A stretch of 64,000 bases of DNA. Source: Dehalococcoidia bacterium (GTDB lineage: Bacteria; Chloroflexota; Dehalococcoidia; UBA2979). Of the stretch, positions 1 to 9,072 are shown piece by piece (position 1 is the first letter of the stretch; each line of letters begins with the position of its first letter). The DNA is taken from contig JAXLWY010000003.1 of NCBI GenBank assembly GCA_046328255.1, forward strand, positions 64,398-128,397, read 5' to 3'. The notes below the pieces were generated by a model. The model searched no databases. It was not told the DNA's origin and saw only the letters and a list, made by a program, of their open reading frames with translations. A program made the translations under genes and the position numbers.

Positions 1-1
1 C

Positions 2-568
2 GACATCTCCGTGCTCGAGTGCACCGCCTCCCTCCTCGAGCACTTCGACATGCAGTGGATCTACGCCCACACCATCCCGCCGAGGGCGGGCAACGGCGCG
101 AGGGCGGCCTGGGGGCTCTACCCCGCCGCCGATGGCTGGGTCGGCGTAGTCTCCGGTCCAGCCCGGCGCTGGGCGAACATCGGGGTGCTGATGGAGTCCG
201 AGGAGCTGCGCGACGAGCGCTTCCTCGCGCCCGGCGCGCAGATGGAGCTCCGAGACGAGATCGACGCGCTGATGCTCCCCTGGCTCGTCACCCACGAGAA
301 GGAGGAGATTTACCACCGCGCGCAGGCCCTCGGCCTGCCGTTCGGCTACGCGGCCACCCCCGCCGACCTCTTCGGCGTCGAGCAGCTCGAGCACCGCGGC
401 TTCTTCGAGCGCATCGAGCACCCGGTGGCCGGCAGCGCGCGCTACCCCACGGTCGCCGCGAAGTTCACCGACGGCCTGTGGTCGCTCGGTCGCGCGCCCC
501 TCCTCGGCGAGCACAACACCGAGGTGCTCGGCGCCGCCGGGTCGCACGTCGCAGGAAGGAACGCCTGA
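2..568 (+). CDS. CoA-transferase family III (CaiB/BaiF-like), C-terminal part; the 5' end is upstream of the window.
   Basis: The ORF is open from the window edge. Motifs HPVAG...YP..AAKF and GEHN are typical of family III CoA-transferase C-termini. The TGA stop overlaps the next ATG (TGATG). Confidence 0.75.
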   Translation, partial: DISVLECTASLLEHFDMQWIYAHTIPPRAGNGARAAWGLYPAADGWVGVVSGPARRWANIGVLMESEELRDERFLAPGAQMELRDEIDALMLPWLVTHEKEEIYHRAQALGLPFGYAATPADLFGVEQLEHRGFFERIEHPVAGSARYPTVAAKFTDGLWSLGRAPLLGEHNTEVLGAAGSHVAGRNA

Positions 569-1312
569 TGCGCGTCTTCGTTGCGGGCGCCTGGGGCGCC
601 GTCGGACGCATCCTCTGCCCCCTCCTCCTCGAGGCCGGTCACGAGGTGACTGGCAGCACGCGCTCCTCCGAGCGTGCGGAGGAGATGCGCGCCGCCGGTG
701 TCACGCCCGCCCTCGTTGATGTGTACGACGCCGCTGCGCTCACGGACGCGGTCGTCGCGGCCCGGCCCGAGGTCGTCATCCACCAGCTCACAGACCTCGC
801 AGGGCTGCGGACCGGCGGACGCACGCCCGGCGTCCTCCGGCCGGGGTCCTGAGCGGCAACGCGCGCGTGCGCATCGAGGGCACACGCAACCTCGTCGAGG
901 CGGCGCTCGCCGCGGGAGCCACGAGATTGATCGCGCAGAGCATCTGCTGGCTCTACGAGGAGGGGCCGCTCCCGCACGTGGAGAGCGATCCGCTCCACCG
1001 ACCCGACGATGGTTCGGACACCACCGGCGTCGACGCCGTGATCGCGCTCGAGACGGCCGTCACCGGGACGCCCGGCATCGACGGGCTGGTGCTCCGCTAC
1101 GGTCGCTTCTTCGGTCCCGGCACGCGGTCGAGGAGGCCCCGCGCTCGGCGCCCGTGCACGTCGCGGCGGCCGCGCATGCGGCCCTCCTCGCCGTCACCCG
1201 AGGCGAGCCCGGGATCTACAACGTGGCCGTCGAGGACGGCTACGTCAGCACCGAGCGCGTCCGCACCCAGCTCGGCTGGTCGCCCGACTTCCGCGTGTCC
1301 ACCCAGGCCTGA
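568..1312 (+). pseudogene. NAD(P)-binding epimerase/dehydratase (NmrA/SDR-like), split over three frames.
   Basis: AGGAAGGA ribosome-binding site before ATG 568. The N-terminus MRVFVAGAWGAVGR is a Rossmann GxxGxxG. The protein continues in a second frame (867..~1140, GTRNLVEAALAAGATRLI) and a third (~1150..1312, PGIYNVA...GWSPDF), so there are two frameshifts. Confidence 0.6.
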
Positions 1313-1407
1313 CGGAGGCACCCCGATGACCACCACCGAAGGCGGCACGGCCACCGGCCCTACGCCCGCAGCGGCCCCTCGAGGACGTCGTCATCCTCGA
1401 TTGCTCC

Positions 1408-2664
1408 ATGGTCTGGGCGGGACCGTACGCGACGAAGCTCCTCGGCGAGATGGGCGCCACGATCATCAAGGTCGAGGCTGCCCGTCACATGGACAGCGTC
1501 CGGGGCCTCGCGAAGCCCGTCCCCGGCGTCGGCGCGTACCCCGACGACGACCCCGGCGCCGAGCCGTGGAACCGCGCCGGCTACTACAACAAGCTGAACC
1601 GCAACAAGCTCAGCCTCTGCATGGACATCCTGCAGCCGGCGGGCCGCGCGGTCTTCCTCGAGCTGGCGGCGCGCGCCGACGTCGTCCTCGAGAACTTCGG
1701 CGGCGGCGTGTTCAACCGCATGGGCTACACCCTCGAGACGCTGCAGGCGGTGAACCCCGACGTCATCCTCGTCTCCATGCCCCCGAGCGGGAACGGTGGA
1801 CCCGAGGGCAACTACGTCGGCTACGGCGTCGCCATCGAGCAGCTGGGTGGCATCGTCGCCCGTACCGGCTACGCCGGCGACATCCCGATGAAGACCGGCA
1901 TCAACTACGGCGATCCCATCGCCGGCATCCACGCCGCGGGCTACATCATGACCGCGCTCATGCATCGACGCCGCACCGGCCGCGGCGGCTTCGTGGACCT
2001 CTCCCAGCGCGAGGGCGCGATCATGTGGGGCGGCGACGAGGTGGTCCGCTACGAGCTCACCGGCAAGGTGTCCGAGCGCATCGGCAACCGCGATGCCTAC
2101 ATGGCCCCGAGCGGCGTGTACCGCTGCGCCCCGGACGAGGCGCACCTCGGTTGCGAGGGCACCACAGCCGGCTCCGACGCGTGGGTTGGCCTCGCCGTCG
2201 GCTCCAACCACGAGTGGGCCGCCCTGGCCGCGGCCATCGGGCACGCCGAGCTCGCCTCGGATCCCGAGTACCTCACCGTCGAGGGCAGGCGCGCCCGTCA
2301 CGACGCCATCGACGCCCTGATTACCGCGTGGACCTCGCAGCGCACGCCCGACGAGGCGATGACGCAGCTGCAGGCGGTCGGCGTCGCCGCGGGCACGGTG
2401 GCGAACATGCGCCGGGTTGTGGAGGACCCGCACCTGCGCGCGCGAGGCTTCTGGCCCGAGGTCGATCAGCCCTCGGTTGGGCGGCACGTGATCGCCGGCG
2501 TTTCGTGGAAGTTCGATCGCACGCCGGGCGGCGTCCGATGGGCCGCGCCCAACCTCGGCCAGCACACCGACTACATCCTGCGCACGATTCTCGGGAAGAG
2601 CGACGCGGACATCGAGGCGCTGCGCGCCACCGGAGTGCTCAACAACATCCCCGACGACGCCTAG
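1408..2664 (+). CDS. CoA-transferase family III (CaiB/BaiF, formyl-CoA-transferase-like).
   Basis: 418-aa ORF. The conserved N-terminal block PLEDVVILDCSMVWAGPY...GATIIKVE runs upstream to 1330 with no in-frame start. An ATG at 1326 lies in another frame, so a 1-nt indel in the CCCC run near 1375 is likely and the true start is about 1326. Confidence 0.8.
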   Translation: MVWAGPYATKLLGEMGATIIKVEAARHMDSVRGLAKPVPGVGAYPDDDPGAEPWNRAGYYNKLNRNKLSLCMDILQPAGRAVFLELAARADVVLENFGGGVFNRMGYTLETLQAVNPDVILVSMPPSGNGGPEGNYVGYGVAIEQLGGIVARTGYAGDIPMKTGINYGDPIAGIHAAGYIMTALMHRRRTGRGGFVDLSQREGAIMWGGDEVVRYELTGKVSERIGNRDAYMAPSGVYRCAPDEAHLGCEGTTAGSDAWVGLAVGSNHEWAALAAAIGHAELASDPEYLTVEGRRARHDAIDALITAWTSQRTPDEAMTQLQAVGVAAGTVANMRRVVEDPHLRARGFWPEVDQPSVGRHVIAGVSWKFDRTPGGVRWAAPNLGQHTDYILRTILGKSDADIEALRATGVLNNIPDDA

Positions 2665-2673
2665 CGAGCGCTG

Positions 2674-3269
2674 CTAGCGGCCGCCCGCAGCCTCGAGGGC
2701 GCTCGCGATCTCGCGGTAGCCGCGCGCCCGCGCATGCCCGAGGGGCGTCACGCCGTCGCGGTCGGCGATGTTCGGGTCCGCCCCGTGCGCGAGGAGCAGC
2801 CGCACCACCTCCTGGTGACGCGAGCCGCCGCTCGAGAGCACGATCGCCTCGAGGAGCGCGGTCCACCGGAGGTTGTTGACATGGTTGACGTCCACGCGCG
2901 TCGACTCGACCAGGAAGCGCACGGCCTCGACGTGTCCTCGCTCGGCAGCCGGGATGAGCGCGGTGCCGCCGAACCGGTTCAGGAGCGTCACATCCGCCGA
3001 CGGCGCGGTCAGACGCAGGATCGCGACGTCGCCCTCGGCCCCCGCGAGGAGGAACGGCGTGTCGAGCCGGTCGTCGCGCAGGTTGACGTCGGCGCCAGCC
3101 TCGACGAGCACCCGTGCCACCTCGGCGGAGTGACCCGCGGTCGCCACGAGGAGCGCCGTGCGCTGCCGCCCGTCGCGCGTGTCCACCAGCGCTCCTGATC
3201 GAGGGCGGCTCGAGCCGCTACCGCATCGCCGAGCGAAGCGGCCGTCAGCAGGTCGGCGTCCGCGCTCAC
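2674..3269 (-). CDS. Ankyrin-repeat protein with an apparent frameshift near 3190-3200; possibly a lipoprotein with a Pro/Ser linker.
   Basis: The 3186 frame encodes at least five ANK repeats (GADVN, TALL.A..GH). The GTG-3269 frame encodes MSADADLLTAASLGDAVAARAAL, which reads as the preceding half-repeat. The upstream sequence in the same frame reads RGLLASACAAGPEPIPQSPTSSPLVSPSPLVSP. Confidence 0.6.
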
Positions 3270-3342
3270 GCGGTCGTCCGGAGAGTTGTTCGCCGTCGGG
3301 GGAGCCGGGCTGGCGACAGGAGCTGACGCGGCCGGAACGCTC

Positions 3343-3378
3343 GGGCTGACCAGGGGGCTCGGGCTGACCAGGGGACTC
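3343..3378. repeat. 18-bp tandem repeat x2 (gggctgaccaggg[g/a]gctc).
   Basis: Direct adjacent duplication, 17/18 identical. On the minus strand it encodes SPLVSP SPLVSP in the linker upstream of the ankyrin repeats. Confidence 0.7.
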
Positions 3379-3461
3379 GAGGTGGGTGACTGCGGTATCG
3401 GCTCCGGACCGGCGGCGCAGGCACTGGCGAGGAGGCCACGCTCACGAGGAGGAGCGTCGCG

Positions 3462-3689
3462 CTACGACGCAGGGCGCGCCTCTTCGTCGAGGTCGGTGGG
3501 CTCCGGCAGGTCGATGCGCCCCTCCCGTACGATTCGCATCCGCAGCCGTCGCACCTGCGCGCGCAATCGATCCACGGGCAGCACCGTCGGGTCGCTGATC
3601 TCGTGCTGACAGAGGACGCCCGCCTGCACGAGGCCCACCACCTCCGTCACCAGCTCGTCGCGCGACATCGCCTCGATGTACCGGCTCAT
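3462..3689 (-). CDS. Small hypothetical protein (75 aa).
   Basis: Protein-like, non-biased composition: MSRYIEAMSRDELVTEVVGLVQAGVLCQHEISDP... AGGA-type ribosome-binding site 8 nt upstream. Its stop is in the same frame as the ankyrin N-terminal segment, 64 codons upstream of it. Confidence 0.45.
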   Translation of the reverse strand: MSRYIEAMSRDELVTEVVGLVQAGVLCQHEISDPTVLPVDRLRAQVRRLRMRIVREGRIDLPEPTDLDEEARPAS

Positions 3690-3837
3690 GCGGTCGATCC
3701 TGTGACCCCGCCCCGCATCGAGGGGTGACCTGTGTCACTCCTCGGTGCGATCATCGCTCGGAGGTCGGAGCGACCGCATGACAGATCGATGCACACGCGC
3801 ACACGGAGGCCGGTGCGAGCACAGGGAGGCCGCCCAG

Positions 3838-4206
3838 ATGGACCAGCGCACCGGCATCCACATCGTGAGGATTGCGGCGTTCAGCGTCGCAACGCTCCTC
3901 GGCGCCTGTTCCGGCGAGCCGACACCCGAGGGCGCATCCGGAGTGGCTCCGGGTGCGGCGTCATCGCGAACCACCTCCGTCACCGCGGTCGCTCGCGTGG
4001 CCACGCCCGCGTCGACGGCTCCGCCGAAGACGGGAGTGCCCGCGGGCAAGGGAGGCGAGGGCGGGATCGTGGCCTTCACGAAGGGCGTCGCGCACGTGAC
4101 CTGCGCCACGGGCGGCACCGCCGCGGACGAAGACCTGCCGCTCACCGTCGGCGCTGCGGCCCTGCCGGGACGCCGGCCGATCTCGAGTTTCGCAAGCCCG
4201 GCATGA
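3838..4206 (+). CDS. Hypothetical lipoprotein.
   Basis: Signal peptide MDQRTGIHIVRIAAFSVATLLGAC with a LLGAC lipobox, followed by an Ala/Thr/Pro-rich mature region. The TGA overlaps the next ATG (ATGA). Confidence 0.55.
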   Translation: MDQRTGIHIVRIAAFSVATLLGACSGEPTPEGASGVAPGAASSRTTSVTAVARVATPASTAPPKTGVPAGKGGEGGIVAFTKGVAHVTCATGGTAADEDLPLTVGAAALPGRRPISSFASPA

Positions 4207-4445
4207 GAGTGTCAGCCTCGGTGGGCCAGACCGCGACGGTGAGCCTCGTCGTGCGCGAGCTGACCGTGTTTCCGAGGTCCACCTCCTCCAGTTCGCCCAT
4301 CGAGGCGTGCACGGTCACGATCACGAAGAACGAGCCGACCTCGATCGCCGGCACCTTCTCCTGTCCCGAAGTTCGCTACTCCGACGTCGGTCGACAGGGC
4401 GGCGAGGGCTCCGTCAGAGGCAGTTTCGAGGCCAGCGCCAACTAG
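4203..4445 (+). CDS. Small hypothetical protein (80 aa), possibly the C-terminal part of the preceding lipoprotein.
   Basis: ATG 4203 overlaps the upstream stop. The sequence MRVSASVGQTATVSLVVRELTVFPRSTSSSSPIEACTVTITKNEPTSIAGTF is protein-like. It could instead be fused to 3838..4206 by a frameshift. Confidence 0.35.
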   Translation: MRVSASVGQTATVSLVVRELTVFPRSTSSSSPIEACTVTITKNEPTSIAGTFSCPEVRYSDVGRQGGEGSVRGSFEASAN

Positions 4446-4597
4446 CGACGGCGCCGAGGTGCGCTCGTGCCACCATCACCTGTCCTGGCCACCCGGCACC
4501 CACGATCTGCCGACTCGCCCTTTCTGGGAGTCTGACCCTCTCCCCATGGGAGAGGGCCGCGTGAGGGTCGCCCTCCGTCCTCCGGTTCGCCTCACCC

Positions 4598-4633
4598 GTT
4601 CGTGGTGAGCGAAGCGAAGCGGAGCCGAACCAC
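4598..4633. repeat. 36-nt interspersed repeat, copy 1 (gttcgtggtgagcgaagcgaagcggagccgaaccac).
   Basis: 34/36 identical to 46389..46424. Both copies are intergenic. The terminal GTTCG/CGAAC is an inverted pair. Upstream is a perfect 9-bp palindrome ccctctccc-cat-gggagaggg (4536..4556). Confidence 0.6.
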
Positions 4634-4698
4634 CTGCGCCATCGAATGCGGCACGGATGGACGCAGTCCGCGGAGGGACTTGCCCGTGGGGGCCCCGA

Positions 4699-5277
4699 CT
4701 ATCCCGCCAGCGCCAGCCGCGGCTGCGTCCCGGCGACCACACCTGCCTGAGGCCACGCCACCCGCGACTCGAGCTCGAGCAGCCAGCGCTTGCGCTCGAT
4801 GCCGCCCGCGTACCCCGTCAGCGTCCCGTTCGCGCCGACCACTCGATGGCACGGCACCACGATGCCGATCGGGTTGCGCCCCACGCTCGCGCCCACGGCT
4901 CTCGAGGCGTTCGGGCGTCCGAGCGCGTGCGCGATCGCGCCGTAGGTCGTCGTGGCGCCGAACGGGATCTTGAGCAGCTCGCGCCAGACCGACTGCTGCC
5001 AAACGGTGCCGACAGGCGCCAGCGCGAACGTGAACTCGCGACGCGACCCGTCGAGGTACTCCCGCAGCTGCCCGATCGACTCGCGCGCGGCCTCGGCGTC
5101 GCGAACCGCCGGCTCGCCCGACTCCACCTCGAGGCGGTGCGCCCAGTACGCCACGTCGTAGTCGCCCGGGTGCCCGTTGCGGTGATCGCGCACGAAGTCC
5201 ACCCGGTGCACCCCTCGCGCCGAGCCACCCACGAACAGCTCACCCAGCGGCGTCTCCAACAGCTCGAACCATGCCAT
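4699..5277 (-). CDS. ogt: Methylated-DNA--protein-cysteine methyltransferase.
   Basis: PCHRV active-site motif. Start taken at the MAWFELL ATG, which has an AAGGAG ribosome-binding site 6 nt upstream; the ORF track extends to a GTG at 5316. Confidence 0.85.
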   Translation of the reverse strand: MAWFELLETPLGELFVGGSARGVHRVDFVRDHRNGHPGDYDVAYWAHRLEVESGEPAVRDAEAARESIGQLREYLDGSRREFTFALAPVGTVWQQSVWRELLKIPFGATTTYGAIAHALGRPNASRAVGASVGRNPIGIVVPCHRVVGANGTLTGYAGGIERKRWLLELESRVAWPQAGVVAGTQPRLALAG

Positions 5278-5554
5278 GGCACGCTCCTTTCGAAGCAGGA
5301 CCTTTCGGGGCCACACCTTCCGGGGAGATGCCGCCGATCATAGCCTCGACGCGGGCCAGCTCCCCATCCGAGCTGGCATCGTCGTCCTGTATCCTCCCGC
5401 GGACCGGATTGGTAAGGCCGCTTCCCTTCCTGTCCCAACGGCGCCGCCGTCAAGGAAATCGGCCGAAACAACCAGGGCGCGAACCTGGCCCGGAGCAGCA
5501 CCCGCAAACAGTCAAGCCGGCCGCCTCACGGCGGACCGAGGAAGGACCAGCCCG

Positions 5555-6340
5555 ATGCGACCCAACCCCGTCCTCCGCGCCTGGCGCGAGGGCCGTCAGA
5601 CCATCGGCGGCTGGCTGTCCATCGACTCCTCCCTCACCGCCGAGGTGATGGCGCACCAGGGTTTTGACTGGCTCTGCATCGATATGCAGCACGGCGCGGT
5701 CGACTACCTGACGTGCCTCCACATGCTCCAGGCCATCTCGAGCACCAGCACCGTCCCGTTCGTGCGCGTTCCCAGCAACGACTTCGCCGAGATCGGGCGC
5801 GCCCTCGACGCCGGCGCGTACGGCATCGTCGTTCCGCTGGTGAACAACCGCGCCGATGCGGAGCGCGCCGTCCGAGCCGTGCGCTACCCACCCGTCGGCG
5901 ACCGCTCCTCGGGGCCCGTCCGCGCCGCCATCTACGGCGGACCCGATTACCAGCGCCACGCCAACGAGGAGATCGCCTGCATCGTCATGATCGAGACCGT
6001 CGAGGCGCTCCAGAACCTCGACGAGATCATGTCCACCCCCGGCGTCGACTGCGCCTACATTGGCCCGTCGGACCTCGCCTACGCCCTCGGCATCGAGCCC
6101 ACCGGCGACAACCGCGACGAGCGCCACGCCGCCACGGTGATGCAGATCCTCGAGGCGGCGAAGCGCCACGGCATCGCGCCCGGCGTCCACACCGCCAGCG
6201 TCGAGTTCACCACGCGCTGGCTCGAGGCTGGCTTCCAGATGGTCATGCTCGGCGCCGACCGCGCATTCATGCAGCGCCAGGCCGCCGCCGACCTCGCCGC
6301 CGCCCGCGCCGCCTCGGGCTCCGCGCGAGTCACGGGCTAG
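5555..6340 (+). CDS. HpcH/HpaI-family aldolase (2-keto-3-deoxy-acid aldolase).
   Basis: 261 aa. GAGGAAGGA ribosome-binding site before ATG 5555. The family fold block is present: ...DWLCIDMQHG...IVMIETVEAL... Confidence 0.8.
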   Translation: MRPNPVLRAWREGRQTIGGWLSIDSSLTAEVMAHQGFDWLCIDMQHGAVDYLTCLHMLQAISSTSTVPFVRVPSNDFAEIGRALDAGAYGIVVPLVNNRADAERAVRAVRYPPVGDRSSGPVRAAIYGGPDYQRHANEEIACIVMIETVEALQNLDEIMSTPGVDCAYIGPSDLAYALGIEPTGDNRDERHAATVMQILEAAKRHGIAPGVHTASVEFTTRWLEAGFQMVMLGADRAFMQRQAAADLAAARAASGSARVTG

Positions 6341-6718
6341 CCCCATGCCCGAGGTCTGGCAATGCCCTCAACGCGACTGGCGCCTACCCGAATGGCAGGC
6401 GCTGGCCACCGCTCGTATGAAGACTCGTATGAAGAGAGGTGGACCAGCGGTCAGAGTGTCGGTCCCCGAGAGGTGGCGACGCCCTCAAGCGAGGGGTAGG
6501 TTCTTTGGCGGTAGACGTGGCCGACGCCGCGGACCTTCCCGCTGGGAGTTGTGAAGCCTTGCAGCGTCGCGCGCTCGGCCCTGGCCTCCTGCCGGGGAGC
6601 GCGAGGGGCGGAGCCCTCCGCATGAAAAGGGGTGGGTGGGCAGATCCTCCGCCCCGGAGGGCCGACCTCGTTCCCGCAAGGGATCGCTACGTCTGCCAGA
6701 GAGGCTAGGCCGCCCGCG

Positions 6719-7801
6719 ATGCCCGAGGTCAGCCCGCCCGAGCTCCTCGACTACGTCGAGCGCATCCTCGTCGCCGCGGGTGCGCCCGACCAGGACGCCG
6801 CAATCGTCGCGGCCCACCTCGTCGAGGCCAACCTCAAGGGCCACGACTCACACGGCGTCGTCCGCGTCCCCGAGCACGTCGAGGCGGTGCGGTCCGGCAT
6901 CGTTCAGGCTGACGGCCACTTCACCGTCGAGAAGCAGTCTGCGAGCACCGCGCTCATCGATGGCGGATGGGGCTTCGGACAGGTGGTGGCCCGCCGCGCG
7001 ACCCGCATGGCCATCGAGATGGCGCGCGCGACCGGCGTCGGCGTCGTGAGCGGCCGCCGAGTCGCGCACGTCGGCCGCCTCGGCGCCTACGCCGAGCAGG
7101 CTGTCGAGGCGGGCAAGATCGGCCTCGTCGCCTCGAGCGGCTCGCCCTTGATGGCGGCGCACGGCGGCACGACTCCCCGCCTGTCGACCAACCCGATCGC
7201 GATCGGCGTCCCCACCGCGGACGAGGGCAGCCCGTTCGTCCTCGACATGGCGACCTCGGTGGTGGCGGCGGGCAACGTGCGGCTCGCCCAGCGCCTCGAC
7301 GCCCGCATCCCCGAGGGCTGGCTCGTCGACGCGTCTGGCGCGCCGACCACTGATCCCGCCGCGCTCTCCGCGGGCGCGCTGCTCCCCCTCGGTGGTGCGC
7401 AGGGCTACAAGGGCTTCGGCCTCGCCCTCGCCATCGAGGCGCTGGCGTCGCTCCTCGGCGGCAGCGCCCCCTCGGGTCCCGACTCCCCGCCCGACGTCGG
7501 CCTGTTCGTACTCGTCTTCGATCCCGACCACTTCGCCGGACGCGCGAGCCTCGGCGCCTCGATGTCGACCCTCATCGAATGGGTGAAGCAGCCGCCCTAC
7601 CAGCCCGGCGTCAGCGAGATCCTCGTGCCCGGCGAGCGCGCGCAACGCTCGATGGAGGAACGCGCCCTGGCCATCCCCCTGGACGCCTCGACGTGGGCCG
7701 CGCTCAGCGAGGCGGCAACGTCGCTGGGGGTTGTCCCGCCCTCGCTCGAGCCACCTCGGCGGCGGCACGGGCGGGACGCCGAGGACGACTCGGGCGCCTG
7801 A
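6719..7801 (+). CDS. Ldh family 2 oxidoreductase (malate/L-lactate/sulfolactate dehydrogenase family, PF02615-like).
   Basis: 360 aa. Contains the characteristic HGVVRVPEHV...G.KGFGLALAIE blocks. Confidence 0.8.
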   Translation: MPEVSPPELLDYVERILVAAGAPDQDAAIVAAHLVEANLKGHDSHGVVRVPEHVEAVRSGIVQADGHFTVEKQSASTALIDGGWGFGQVVARRATRMAIEMARATGVGVVSGRRVAHVGRLGAYAEQAVEAGKIGLVASSGSPLMAAHGGTTPRLSTNPIAIGVPTADEGSPFVLDMATSVVAAGNVRLAQRLDARIPEGWLVDASGAPTTDPAALSAGALLPLGGAQGYKGFGLALAIEALASLLGGSAPSGPDSPPDVGLFVLVFDPDHFAGRASLGASMSTLIEWVKQPPYQPGVSEILVPGERAQRSMEERALAIPLDASTWAALSEAATSLGVVPPSLEPPRRRHGRDAEDDSGA

Positions 7802-8714
7802 CCGGCCGCCTTCCGAGCAGTGGTGCGTTGCTCACCAGCAGCTCGTCGATCGGCCCGCGCCCGCCCACCTTCGAGTTGATGGCGCGGCGCGCCGGGATCC
7901 GTCGCAGCTCGTACCCCGCCGACTCGTACAGGTACACGATGAGCGGATGAGGCGAATCCGACAGGAGCACGTGCACCCCTCGCGCGGTCAGACCATCGAT
8001 GCACACGCGCAGCCGCTCCTGGTCCCGCCACCCAAAGTCGGCCGAGGTGTAGCGCGTGAAGCTCGAGGTGGGCGAGAGCGGGTGGAACGGCGGGTCGAAG
8101 TAGACGAAGTCGCCTGCCACCGCCGAGGCGGACGTGATCTCGACGTCGTCGCACGCGAGCTCGGCATCCGCCAGTGCTCGCGACGCCGCCTCGAGCACCG
8201 GCCGGTCGAGGATGCGCGGCGCCTTGTAGCGCCCGTGCGGCACGTTGAACCGGCCGTTCGAGTTGACCCGGTAGAGGCCGTTGTAACACGTCTTATTGAG
8301 GAAGATGAAGCGCGCCGCCACCCCCAGCTTCGAGGTCGGCCGCGACTCGCGAATGCGGTAGTAGGCCGCGGCGCGCCCCTCGGCGTCCTCGGCGTGGTAC
8401 TCGCCCTCGAGGCGCGCGAGGTGCGCACACAGCGCATCGAGGTGATCGCGCACTACCTCGTACGTCGCGATCAGGTCCGCATTCGCGTCCCCGAGGACCG
8501 CGCGCAGCGGAGCGCGCTCACCGGCGAGCGCAAAGAAGAACGCCCCTCCACCGAGGAACGGCTCGAAGTACCGGTTGAAGCTCGACGGCATCGCCTCGAG
8601 GAGCGCGGGCAGCAGCTGCTGCTTGCCGCCCGCCCACTTCAGGAACGGCCGTGCTGCCGAGGGCGTATCGCCCCGGACGTCCTTCCGTGCCTCGATGATC
8701 GTGGGGCGTGGCAT
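7704..8714 (-). CDS. dam: DNA adenine methyltransferase (Dam/D12 class N6-MTase); orphan.
   Basis: Motif I PFLKWAGGK and catalytic DPPF. Its Arg/Pro-rich C-terminal tail overlaps the Ldh2 3' end by about 100 nt. No restriction endonuclease gene is adjacent. Confidence 0.8.
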   Translation of the reverse strand: MPRPTIIEARKDVRGDTPSAARPFLKWAGGKQQLLPALLEAMPSSFNRYFEPFLGGGAFFFALAGERAPLRAVLGDANADLIATYEVVRDHLDALCAHLARLEGEYHAEDAEGRAAAYYRIRESRPTSKLGVAARFIFLNKTCYNGLYRVNSNGRFNVPHGRYKAPRILDRPVLEAASRALADAELACDDVEITSASAVAGDFVYFDPPFHPLSPTSSFTRYTSADFGWRDQERLRVCIDGLTARGVHVLLSDSPHPLIVYLYESAGYELRRIPARRAINSKVGGRGPIDELLVSNAPLLGRRPVRRPSRPRRPARAAAEVARARAGQPPATLPPR

Positions 8715-8962
8715 GAGGCATTCAAACACCCGAGGCGTGCTCGGGGCAAACCCGCCACCCCCGTGACGCGCCCTCGGTGCTTCACGTGCTTCGTCGATCA
8801 CTGTCGCCGCGCAGGGCGACACTGCGAAGCACGCCGCATCCGCGCCGAACCACGCGCCGTGCGGCGCCGTGGCTCAGGGCCCCACTCCGGGTGCGCGAGG
8901 GCCAGTCCTCGCCAGGAGGGGCCAACCTCGCCGAGGGAAGCCGCGGTGGTGTCGAGTCGCGC

Positions 8963-9022
8963 GAAACACGTGCGTAACACGCGCGCAACCTGCACGTCAT
9001 CTACGAGAAAACCGGGTGAAAC
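8963..9022 (+). promoter_or_regulatory. GlnR-box array upstream of amtB.
   Basis: Six 5-mers at exact 11-bp spacing: GAAAC-n6-GTAAC-n6-GCAAC-n6-GTCAT-n6-GAAAA-n6-GAAAC. This matches the actinobacterial gTnAc-n6-GaAAc GlnR site. It lies 50-110 nt upstream of amtB. Confidence 0.6.
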
Positions 9023-9072
9023 GAACTCCCGGCATGCTCCACCAGTCGACAGGGGCGAGGTGGAGGTTACGG

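Noticed and set aside
442-2565. Long antisense ORFs (442..885 and 1360..2565, minus strand) opposite the epimerase and CoA-transferase genes.
   Set aside because: Arg/Gly/Ala-biased translations with no homology signal. These are GC-rich antisense artefacts, and the sense strand carries clear domains.
3732-4445. The single 237-aa ORF 3732..4445 (plus strand), and the 136-aa minus-strand ORF 3735..4145.
   Set aside because: The N-terminal 100 aa of the plus ORF are Arg-rich nonsense. The real signal-peptide lipoprotein starts at ATG 3838 in another frame. The minus ORF is the antisense of that lipoprotein.
5278-5554. Possible riboswitch or leader in the 277-nt ogt/aldolase divergent region.
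   Set aside because: No recognisable conserved riboswitch core. It is treated as an ordinary promoter region.
5276-6340. The extended 354-aa version of the HpcH aldolase ORF starting at 5276.
   Set aside because: The extension overlaps the ogt start and is low-complexity. ATG 5555 has a strong GAGGAAGGA ribosome-binding site and matches the family N-terminus.
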